Position numbers and translations under genes: made by a program
The notes under the pieces: generated by a model
What the model was told of the DNA's origin: nothing
Seen by the model: only the letters and a program-made list of their open reading frames with translations
Database searches by the model: none
Source of the DNA: Mobula hypostoma
Lineage: Eukaryota
Assembly (NCBI RefSeq): GCF_963921235.1
Contig: NC_086097.1
Location: 161,512,001-161,576,000, forward strand
Reading direction: 5' to 3'
DNA: 64,000 nt
Shown here: positions 1 to 10,595 of the stretch, one piece after another
How positions within the stretch are numbered: the first letter of the stretch is position 1
Layout of the letters: the number at the start of each line of letters is the position of its first letter

Positions 1-450
1 GGAGATCATCCGTTTATGCCAAAGAAGGTGATTTCCAGATGAATTCTCAAGTTTGCAAGGGGAAGAAACTGAGAAAAGGAACGGTCATATTTTTAAGCTC
101 AATCCAGTACAAAGATGGTGGCTTGAGAGCTGGTAGACGGTTTAGTAAGGCAGCCATGCCTGAAGAATGTAAACATCCTGTTATACTGGCAAAGGATCTC
201 CATATCTCAGACATCATTGTGAGGCATGAACATCATGAGGTGGGACATGGTTCCGCCAAAAGTACTGGATTCCTGGTGCTAATACAGCTATAAGAAAAGC
301 CCTGTTGAAGTGTTCTTTGTTAATGCATTTTGAGGCAAGACAAGGACAGGTTCGTGAACTGCGGTCTGATCATGTGACAAGCTTTGTTGGAGCTGAGCAC
401 GAGCTGAGAGAAGCCATTGAGAAATGGAACCATCCACGAATCAATGATGT
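1..450 (+). mobile_element. BEL/Pao LTR retrotransposon integrase remnant
   Basis: KHPVILAKDLHISDIIVRHEHHEVGH (zinc-binding region) and FEARQGQVRELRSDHVTSFVGA (decayed FIARRG...SDNGTNFVGA). Confidence 0.7.
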
Positions 451-489
451 TCTGTACTTAATCCGGAGACGGACAAAGAGTCTATAGAA

Positions 490-2075
490 GTGAGGCAAAG
501 CAGCATCAACTTCATGGACTCTATACCGATTACAGAGGAAGGAATTGTTTGCTGTCCTGAGGCAAATTAGAGTGGATAAATCCCCAGGGGTGACAAGGTG
601 TTCCCTCAGACCCTGCAGGAGGCAAGTGCAAAAATTTCTGGGGCCCTAACAGAGATATTTAAATCATTCTTAGCGACAGGTGAAGAACCAGAGGATTGAT
701 GGATAGCAAATGTTTTACAGGCCAGTGAACCTGACATCAGTGATGGGAAAGTTATTGGAAGGTATTCTAAGGGACTGGATATATGAGTATTTAGATAGAC
801 ATGGACTGATTAAGAATAGTCAGCATGGCTTCATGTGTGATAGGTCATGTCCAACCAATCTTTTAGAGTTTTTCGAGAAAGTTGCCAGGAAAGTTGATGA
901 AGGCAAGGCAATGGATGTAATCTATATGTACTTTAGCAAGGCATTTGACAAGGTCCAGCATGGGAGGTTGGTTAAGAAGGTTCAGTCGCTCAGCATTCAA
1001 GATGAAGTAGGAAATTAGACTACACTTTGGCTTTGTGGGAGAAGTCAGAGAGTGGTAGTAGATGGTTGCCTCTCTGAATGGAGGCATGACTAGTGGAGTG
1101 CTGCAGGGAACAATGCTGGATCCATTGTTGTTTGTCATCTATATAAACGATCTGTATAATAATGTTATTAACTGGATCAGCAACTTTGTGGATGACACCA
1201 GGATTGGGGATATATTGGACAGCAAAAAGGGTTATCATGGCATGCAGCAGGATATGGACTAGCTGGAAAAATGGCAGATGGAATTTAATACAGACAAATG
1301 TGAGGTGTTCCACTTTGATAGAGCCAACCAGGGTAGGGCTTATACAGTACAGTACGGCACTGAAGAGTGCAGTAGAACAAAGGATCTGGGAATTCAGGTC
1401 CATAATTTATTGCAAGTGGCATTACAAGTAGAGAGAGTCATAAGGAAAGCTTTTAGCACAGTGGCCTTCATAAATCAAGGTACTGAGTACAGAAGATGGG
1501 ATGTTATGTTGAAGTTGTACAAGGCATTGCTGAGGCCTAATTTGGAGTATTGTGTGCAGTTTTGATTACCTATTTGCAGGAAAGATGAAAATAAGGTTGA
1601 AAGAGTACAAAAAAAAATTGTAAGGATGTTGCCGGTAGTGGCAGACCTGAGTTATAAGGAAAGATTGAATAGGTTAGGACTTTATTCCTTAGAATGTAGA
1701 GGACTGAGGGAAGATTTGAAAGAGGTATACAAAATTATGAAGGGTATAGATAAGATAAACGCAAGCAGGCTTTTTCCACTGAGGTTGGGTGGGACTACAA
1801 CTAGAGGTGAAAGAGGAAAAGTTTAAGGGGAACATGAGGGGAAACCTCTTCACTCAAAGGATCATGAGAGTGTGGTACAAACTGCCAGTGCAAGAGATGC
1901 ATGCGAGTTCAATTTCAATGTATAAGAAAAGTCTGGATAGGTCCATGGATGGTAGAGTTATGCAAGGCTATGGTCTCGCTGCAGATCAATGGGAGTAGAC
2001 AGTTTAAATGGTTTGGAATGGACTAGTTGGGACAAAGGGCCTGTTTCTGTGCTGTACTCATCTATGACTCCATGA
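490..2075 (+). mobile_element. 5'-truncated, decayed CR1 LINE (RT and 3' UTR)
   Basis: YRPVNLTSVMGK, QHGF, FSKAFDKV, FVDDTR, LEYCVQF; CR1-type 3' end. Confidence 0.9.
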
Positions 2076-2079
2076 ACCT

Positions 2080-5000
2080 ACCCCTATGGTCCTTCTCATC
2101 AATTATAAGTATATTGTTTTAGATACTGTTGAGGGGGATGATCTATCATGGGGAGCCACAGCTAATCGGTCTTTGGCACTGAGCCTAGCACTGTGGCTCA
2201 GAAGAGAAGGGAGGTGAAGAGAAGGGAGGTGAAGAAAACTACAGTGCTGTCAGAAGAGTCCATGGATAGAGGAATAGAGGTGAGATTCTGTGGACGCGAT
2301 AGGACACAGCCGGATAGTATGTTGCCTCCCGAGTGCCAGGGTCAGGGACATCTCACATCAGCATTTTAAAGCAGGAGGGTGAGCAGTCAGAAGTCTTGAT
2401 ACATATTGACACCAATGACATAGGTAGGAAATGCGAGGAGGTCCTTAGGGAGCTAGGTAGAAAGCTGAAAAGCAGGACCACCAGGGTAGTAACCTCTGGA
2501 TTACTGCTTGTGCCATATGACAGCGAGGGTAACAATTGGTACATTTGGCAGATAAATGCGTGGCTGAGGAACTGGTGCAGGGGGCAGGCATTCAGATTTC
2601 TGGATTACTGGGATCTCTTCTGGGGAAGGTATGACCTGTTTAAAACAAAAGGGGGGAAAGGGGGATCGATTACACCTGAACCCAAGGGGGACCAATATGC
2701 TTGTGGGCAGATTTGCTAGAGCTGCTCGGGAGGGTTTAAACTATTTTGGCAGGGGGATGGGAACCTTAGTGATAGGGCTGAGGATAGGGCAGTTGGTTTA
2801 CAAACAGAGGCGGTGTGCAGTGAGACTGCTAGCAAGTACAGGCTAGTGATAGGGCAAAATTGCAGTCAACAGGATGAACTGAAATGTAAAATGGGGACAA
2901 AATTGAAAAAGGTGATGAATATAATACTGAAGGTGTTCTATTTGAATGCATGCTGTATACGAAGTCAGCTAGATGAACTTGTAGCACAGTTAGAGATTGG
3001 CAGGTATGACGTTGTGCGCAACACTGAGTTGTGGCAGAAAGAAGATTACAGCTAGAAGCTTAACATCCAAGGATACACATTGTATTTAAGGGACAGGCAG
3101 GTAGACAGAGGGGATGGGGCGGCTCTGTTGGTAAAAAATGAAATCAAATCCTCAGAAAGAGGTAACATAAGATCAGAAGGTGCAGAATCCTTGTGGGTAG
3201 AGGTAAGTAAGAAACTGCAAGGATGAGAAGACCCTGATAGAAATTTATCCACACCTCTGAATTGTAACAAATTACAACAGGAGACAGAAAAGGCACATCA
3301 AAAGGGCAATGATACAATAGTCATGGGTGATTTCAATGTGCAGGAAGAATGGGAAAATCGGGCTGGTGCTAGATCCCAGGAGGAGTATTTATAGAATGCC
3401 TACAAGATGGCTTTTTAGAGCAGCTCATGGTGGAGGCCACTGGGATTAGCTATTCTGGATTGGGTGTTGTACAATGAACTGGAATTGATTAGAGCGCTTA
3501 AGATAAAAGAACCCTGAGGGGAAGGTAATCATAATATGATAAAATTAATCCAGCAATTTGAGAGGGAGGAGCTAAAGTCAATTGCGTAAGTATTACAGTG
3601 GAGTAAAGGAAATTACAGAGGTACAGGTACAGCTGGCCAAAGTTCATTGGAAGCAGACATCAGCAGGGATGGCGGCAGAGTAGCAATTTCTGGTATTTCT
3701 GGGAGCAATTTGGAAGGTGCAGGATAGATATATCCAAAAGAAGTAGTAGTGTTTCTAAAGGCTTACAGGGGAAGTCAGAGCCAACATAAAAGCAAAAGAG
3801 AGGCCATATAACAGAGCAAAAAAATTAGTGGGAAATTAATGGATTAAAAACCAATAGACGTCAACTAAAAAAGTCATAAAGGAGGGAAAAGATGGAATAC
3901 AAAGATAAGCTAGCCAAAATATTGAAGGGTATACTAAAGGTTTCTTCAGATTTATAAAGAGTAAAAGACAGGCAAGAGTAAATATCAGACCACTGAAAAA
4001 TGATGTGGAAAGGTAGAAATGGGGGATAGAGAAATGGCAGACAGACTAAGTATTTTGCATCAGTGTTCACTGTGGAAGACACTAGCAGGGAGTGTCAGAG
4101 CGCAGAACTGACTGCAGTTGCCATTACTAAGGAGAAGGTGCTTTTGAAACCAAAAGGTCTGAAGGTAGATAAATCACCTGACCAGATGGAACACCCCAGA
4201 GTTTTGAAAGAGGTGCAGAAGCGATTGTAGAGGCATTAGTAATGATCTTTCAAGAATCAACAGATTCTGGAATGGTTCTGGAGGACTAAAAAAATTGCAA
4301 ATGTCACTCCACTCTTTAAGAATGGACAGAGGTAGAAGGAAGGAAATTATAGGCCAGTTAGTTAATCTGACTTCAGTGGTTGGGAAGATGTTGGAGTTGA
4401 TTAAGGGTACGGTTTCGGGGTACTTGGAGGCACATGATAAAATAAGCCGAAGTCAATCAACATGGTTTCCTTAAGGGAAAATCTTGCAATTCTTTGAAGA
4501 AATAACAAGCAGGATAGACAAAGGAAAATCAGTAGATGCTGTGTACTTGGATTTTCAGAAGGCCTTTGACAAGGTGTCACACATATGGCTGCTTAACAAG
4601 TTAAGAACCCGTGGTATTATATGAAAGATACTGGCATAGATAGAGTATGGGTTGACTGGCAGGATGCATAGACTGGGAATAAAGAGGGCCTTTTCTGCTT
4701 ATCCGCAAGGTTCAGTGTTGGGACAGCTTCTTTTCGTGTTATACTTCAATGATTTGGATGGAAATTGATGGCTTTGTGGACAAGTTTGCAGATGATACAA
4801 AGATAGGTGGAGGGGCAAGTAGCATTGAGGAAACAAGAAAAGCTGCAGAAGGACTTGGACAGATTAGGAGAATGGGCAAAGAAGTGACAGATGGAATATA
4901 GTGTCGGGAAGTGTATGGTCATGTACTTTGGTAGAAGAAATAAAAGCATAGACTATTTTCTAAATATCGAGAAATCTATCAAATGTCGAAAGGCCTCAAC

Positions 5001-5137
5001 AGAGTGGATGGAGAGGTTGATAGATTCTTGATTAGCCAGGGCATGAAGGGTTACAAGGAAAAAACAGAAGATTAGGGCTTAGAGAAAAATGAATCAGCCA
5101 TGATGAAATGGCATAATTCTTGTGTCTTATGGTCTAA
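2080..5137 (+). mobile_element. Decayed CR1 LINE with ORF1 esterase, APE and RT remnants; internal deletion near the 3' end
   Basis: HIDTNDIG, DRLHLNPRG, FYLNACCIR and FADDTK remnants; tail tcttatggtcta. Confidence 0.88.
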
Positions 5138-5910
5138 TGAGGAACAAACAGGAAGATTAGAGGAAGAATTATTCTTGCTACAGAATGATTTTGAGCTGAA
5201 GCCGATGTTCAAAAAAATCATATCAAGATTTTCGGTTGCAGAAAGAAATCTCTGAATGCTGTACTGCACTGTGGAAAATGTTAAGATGTTCTTCATTGCC
5301 TTTCCAGCATATTTAGCGGAGTGCGGTTTCAAAGCAGTTGCCCAACTTCTTTCAAAACAAAGAAAAAGACAGCAAATTACTGAACCATGGCGATCTGAGA
5401 CTTCTTTCTGAGTAACATTCAGCCTGATGTAGAGAACAGGGGTGCAGTGCTAGCCGGAGTGCGTCCGGCACCTCTAAGAAAAAAGCCAAAATAAACAAGC
5501 TAATTAATTAGGTGCCGCCCAGGGTGATTTGAGTATCTCAAAAACTGCTGATCTCCTGGGATTTTTACGCACAACAGACTCTGGAGTTTACAGAGAATGG
5601 TGCCAAAAACAAAAAAAAATCCAGCGAGTGGATTTAACAAGATGTTTTTGCTCACAGAACAGCCACTTGTTGGATGTTTTTTTGTTTTTGGCACCATTCT
5701 TTGTAAACTCCGGAGTCTGTTGTGCGTAAAAATCCCAGGAGATCAGCAGTTTCTGAGATACTCAAATCACCCTGAGTGGCACCTAATTGATTAGCTTGTT
5801 TATTTCAGCTTTTTTCTTAAAAGAAGTGCCGGACACGCTCCGGCTAGCACTGCACCCCTGGTAGAGAAGCAGATAATCCTGCACCAAGCCCATCCATCTC
5901 ATTGGTGAAA
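5138..5910 (+). mobile_element. hAT (Charlie/Buster-like) transposase C-terminal remnant, split by a MITE
   Basis: Conceptual translation across frameshifts: ...MFFIAFP.AYLAECGFKAVAQLLSKQR...GDLRL...NIQPDVEK...HQAHPSH, resembling the hAT dimerisation domain. Confidence 0.7.
5437..5860. mobile_element. 424-bp fold-back hAT-type MITE
   Basis: Termini CAGGGGTGCAGTGCTAGCCGGAG / CTCCGGCTAGCACTGCACCCCTG; perfect 8-bp TSD GTAGAGAA (5429-5436, 5861-5868); arms 5437-5631 and 5663-5860. Confidence 0.92.
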
Positions 5911-6542
5911 AAGCAATGAAGTAGTGAATAGTTGGACTACTAATGTACACTCTAAAATCGTTGATGAAAATTGTTTTTATTGTAATTAAATAAATACTTT
6001 TATTTATAGTTTCAAACAGATTTGAATAAATTTTGTAATTATTTGTCATTGCTTTGAATTTGTAGTTCCTATTTCCTTTCAGTGTGCTTCGTAAATGAAA
6101 ATTCATTATAGGGAACCATGGGAATAGATAGATATAATAAGGAAAATTAGTATTTTTAAACTGGGGGTAAAGAACATTGTGTTGTGGGACTAAGTACAGG
6201 AAAGTAAGCAGACTTGCAGGGTAAAAATACGTAAGAGTTTGATAGCCACTTGAATGGGGAGTTCATTTAAGGAACAGACTGAAGTGGGGATGGAGCTGGA
6301 TAAAGTTTCAAGTTTGGAGGTAAATAGCCAATCTTTGTAACTGAAATATTTGACATAAGAATTGCGTGGACACAAAATCTGAGAACAGTCTTTCAAAAGA
6401 AGAGGGGATACAATTGTAAGGAGGAATGGGGCCCTCACTTGATGATATAAAATGACAACGGTTTAAAAAGTTTGTCTGTTTGGCGAGGTAAGTGGGTGAG
6501 TAGACTTATTTTTCCTGTTTCATTCCTGTAGAATTAGGTAGC

Positions 6543-7445
6543 ATGCCTGCAGGGTTAGTGCTTTGTTCAGGGTGTCAGATGTGGGAATCCTGGGAGACCT
6601 CCAGCCTCCCTGATGGCCACATCTGCGCCAGGTGCACCGAGATGCAGCTCCTCAGAGACCGTGTTAGGGATCTGGAGCTGCAGCTTGATGACCTACTGCT
6701 TATCAGGGAAAGTGAAGAGGTGATAGACAGGAGCTACAGGGAGGTAGTCATCCCTAGGCTACAGGAGTCAGAAAACTGGGTCACTGTCAAGAGAGGGAAG
6801 GGAAATGCCCGGATAGTAGAGAGCACACCTGTGGCTGTCCCCCTCAGCAACAAATATCTTGTTCTGGATGCTGTTGACCAGGTCTCTGGCACTGAGCCTG
6901 GCGCTGTTGTGCAGGACAGAAGGAGGGAGAAGAGAAATGCGGTAGTCGTAGGGGATTCCATAGTCTGGGGAACAGACAGGAGATTCTGTGAGCCTGACAG
7001 AGATACCCGCATGGTGTGTTGCCTCCCAGGTGCCAGGGTACGGGATGTCTCAGATCAGGTCCTGAATATTCTAAAGGGGGAGGGTGAGCAGCCAGTTGTC
7101 TTGGTACATGTTGGTACCAATGACATAGATAGGACAAAGGAGGAGGTCCTGAAGAGAGATTTCCAGGAGTTAGGAAGGAAGCTGAGAAGCAGGACCTCCA
7201 GGGTAGTAATCTCGGGATTGCTACCTGTGCCACGTGCTAGCAAGGGCAAGAATAGTCTGATCAGGCAGATGAATGCGTGGCTGAGAGACTGGTGTAAGGG
7301 GCAGGGCTTCAGATTCTTGGATAATTGGGATCTCTTCTGGGGGAAGTATGACCTGTTCAAAAAGGACAGGTTACACCCGAACCTGAAGGGGACCAATATT
7401 CTGGTGGGAAAGTTTAATAGAGCTGTTCGGGAGGGTTTAAACTAA
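6543..7445 (+). CDS. CR1 ORF1p: Cys zinc finger, coiled coil and SGNH/GDSL esterase
   Basis: 300 aa uninterrupted; CSGC...CARC, heptad leucines, GDS, GTND and DRLH motifs. Confidence 0.85.
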   Translation: MPAGLVLCSGCQMWESWETSSLPDGHICARCTEMQLLRDRVRDLELQLDDLLLIRESEEVIDRSYREVVIPRLQESENWVTVKRGKGNARIVESTPVAVPLSNKYLVLDAVDQVSGTEPGAVVQDRRREKRNAVVVGDSIVWGTDRRFCEPDRDTRMVCCLPGARVRDVSDQVLNILKGEGEQPVVLVHVGTNDIDRTKEEVLKRDFQELGRKLRSRTSRVVISGLLPVPRASKGKNSLIRQMNAWLRDWCKGQGFRFLDNWDLFWGKYDLFKKDRLHPNLKGTNILVGKFNRAVREGLN

Positions 7446-7513
7446 TTTGGCAGGGGGATCGGAACCGGAATGATAGAGCAGAGGAAGGGGAAAACAGAAA
7501 TAAATCTAAGATA

Positions 7514-10430
7514 GTGAGCAGTAAAGATGTCAGGAAAGACAGGCAGGTGATGGGGCAAATTTGTAGCCATTGGGATGAGTTGCAGTGCAATAAAGTTGCA
7601 GTGAAATCAAAGCAAAAAGTATCAAATACTGGTCTTAAGGTGTTGTACTTAAATGCACGCAGCATAAGGAATAAGGTGGATGATCTTGTTGTACAGCTAC
7701 AGATTGGCAGGTATGATATTGTGGCCATCACTGAGACCTGGCTAAAGGATGCATGTCTCTGGGAGCTGAACGTCCAAGGATACACAGTGTATCAGAAGGA
7801 TAGGAAGGTAGGCAGAGGGGGGGGCATGGCTTTACTGGTAAGAAATGATATTAAATCATTAGAAAAAGGTGATATAGGATCGGAAGGTACAAAATCTTTA
7901 TGGGTTGAGCAAAGCAATAGCAGGGGTAAAAGGACCCTGATGGCAGTTATTTATAGGCCTTCAAACAGCTGCAGGGATGTGGACTACAGATTACAACTGG
8001 AAATAGAAAAGGCTTGTCAGAAGGGCAGTGTTATGATAATTATGGGGGATTTTAACATGCGAGTAGATTGGGAAAATCAGGTCAGCACTGGATCGCAAGA
8101 GAAGAGAATTTGTAGAATGTCTGCGAGATGGCTTTTTAGAACAGCTTGTTATTGAGCCCACTAGAGGATCGGCTGTACTGGATTGGGTATTGTGTAATGA
8201 ACCGGAGGTGATTAGAGAGATTGACGTGAAGGAACCCTTAGGAGGCAGTGAACATAACATGATTGAGTTCACTGTGAAATTAGAAAAAGAGAAGCCGAAA
8301 TCTGATGTGTCAGTATTTCAGTGGAGTAAAGGAAATTACAGTGGCATGAGAGAGGAACTGGCCAAAGTTGACTGGAAAGGGACACTGGTGGGAAAGACAG
8401 CAGAGCAGCAGTGGCTGGAATTTATGCGAGAAATGAGGAATGTGCAAGACAGGTATATTCCAAAAAAGAAGAAATTTTCGAGTGGAAAAAGGATGCAACC
8501 ATGGTTGACAAGAGAAGTCAAAGCCAAAATTAAAGCAAAGGAGAGGGCATACAAGGAAGCAAAATTTAGAGGGAAGACAGATTGGGAAGTTTTTAAAACC
8601 TTACAAAAGGAAATCAAGAAGGTCATTAAGAGAGAAAAGATTAACTATGAAAGGAAGCTAGCAAATAATATCAAAGAGGATACTAAAAGCTTTTTCAAGT
8701 ATATAAAGAGTAAAAGACAGATGAAAGTAGATATAGGACCGATAGAAAATGATGCTGGAGAAATTGTAATGGGAGATAAGGAGATGGCAGAGGAACTGAA
8801 CGAGTATTTTGCATCAGTCTTCACTGAGGAAGAATCAGCAGTTTACCAGACACTCAAGGATGGCAGGGAAGAGAAGTGCGCGCAGTCACAATTACGACAC
8901 AGAAAGTACTCAGGAAGCTGAATAGGCTAAAGGTAGATAAATCTCCTGGACCAGATGGAATGCACCCGTGTGTTCTGAAGGAAGTAGCTATGGAGATTGT
9001 GGAGGCATTAGAGATGATCTTTTAAAAGTCAATAGATTCTGGCATGGTTCCGGAAGACTGGAAGATTGCAAATGTCACTCCGCTATTTAAGAAGGGGGCA
9101 AGGAAGCAAAAAGGAAATTATAGACCTGTTATTTTGACATCGGTGGTTGGGAAGTTGTTGGAGTTGATTGTCAAGGATGAGATTACAGAGTACCTGGAGG
9201 CATATCACAAGATAGGCAGAACTCAGCATGAATTCCTTAAAGGAGAATCCTGCCTGACAAACCTAGTACAATTCTTTGAGGAAATTACCAGTAGGCTAGA
9301 CAAGGGAGATGCAGTGGATGTTGTATATTTGGATTTTCAGAAGGCCTTTGACAAGGTGCCACACATAAGGCTACTTAACAAGATAAGAGCCCACGGAATT
9401 ACGGGAAAGTTACATACGCGGATAGAGCATTGGCTGATTGGCAGGAAACAGAGAGTGGGAATAAAGGGATCCTATTCTGGTTGGCTGCTGGTTACCAGTG
9501 GTGTTCCACAGGGATCAGTGTTGGGGCCGCTTCTTTTTACATTGTACATCAACGATTTGGATTATGGAATAGATGGCTTTGTGGCTAAGTTTGCTGACGA
9601 TACAAAGATAGGTGGAGGGGCCGGTAGTGCTGAGGAAAGGGAGAGTCTGCAGAGAGACTTGGATAGATTGGAAGAATAGGCAGAGAAGTGGGAAATGAAG
9701 TACAATGTTGGAAAGTGTATGGTTATGCACTTTGGCAGAAAAAATAAACAGGCAGACTATTATTTAAATGAGGAAAGAATTCAAAGTTCTGAGATGCAAC
9801 GGGACTTGGGAGTCCTCATACAGGATACCCTTAAAGTTAACCTCCAGGTTGAGTCAGTAGTGAAGAAGGTGAATGCAATGTTGGCATTCATTCCTAGAGG
9901 AATAGGGATGCAGGAGCAGGGATGTGATGTTGAGGCTCTATAAGGCGCTGGTGAGACCTCACTTGGAGTACTGTGGGCAGTTTTGGTCTCCTTATTTAAG
10001 AAAGGATGTGCTGACATTGGAGAGGGTACAGAGAAGATTCACTAGAATGATTCCAGGAATGAGAGGGTTAACATACGAGGAACGTTTGTCCGCTCTTGGA
10101 CTGTATTCCTCGGCGTTTAGAAGAATGAGGGGAGACCTCATAGAAACATTTCGAATGTTGAAAGGCATGGACAGAGTGGATGTGGCAAAGTTGTTTCCCA
10201 TGATGAGGGAGTCTAGTACAAGAGGGCATGACTTAAGGATTGAAGGGGGCCCATTCAGAACAGAAATGCGAAGAAATTTTTTTAGTCAGAGGGTGGTGAA
10301 TCTATGGAATTTGTTGCCACGGGCAGCAGTGGAGGCCAAGTCACTGGGTGTATTTAAGGCAGAGATTGATAGGTATCTGAGTAGCCAGGGCATCAAGGGT
10401 TATGGTGAGAAGGCGGGGGAGTGGGACTAA
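7514..10430 (+). pseudogene. CR1 ORF2 (APE + RT) disrupted by frameshifts and stops
   Basis: Consecutive ORF pieces 7514-8155, 8190-8921, 9044-9679, 9695-9943, 9924-10430. Confidence 0.9.
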
Positions 10431-10595
10431 ATAGGAGAATGGATCAGCTCATGATAAAATGGCGGAGCAGACTCGATGGGCCGAATGGCCTACTTCTGCT
10501 CCTTTGTCTTATGGTCTTATGGACAATATTTAATCAGTAAATGAGTGAAGTACACTGGATCAGTTCAGAAACTTGTGAAGACAGGGAGCTGATTT

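Larger units (their letters stand above)
6100..10522 (+). mobile_element. Near full-length CR1 LINE (5' boundary approximate)
   Basis: ORF1 followed by a broken ORF2 (YLNARSIRNK, ITETWL, MGDFN, YRPVILTS, FADDTK); tail tcttatggtcttatgg. Confidence 0.93.

Noticed and set aside
5500..5794. Mirror-image ORFs MVPKTKK... on both strands
   Set aside because: By-product of the palindromic MITE.
6734..10201. Many minus-strand ORFs over CR1 (also over 40297-41781)
   Set aside because: Antisense shadows of LINE coding sequence with no independent motifs.
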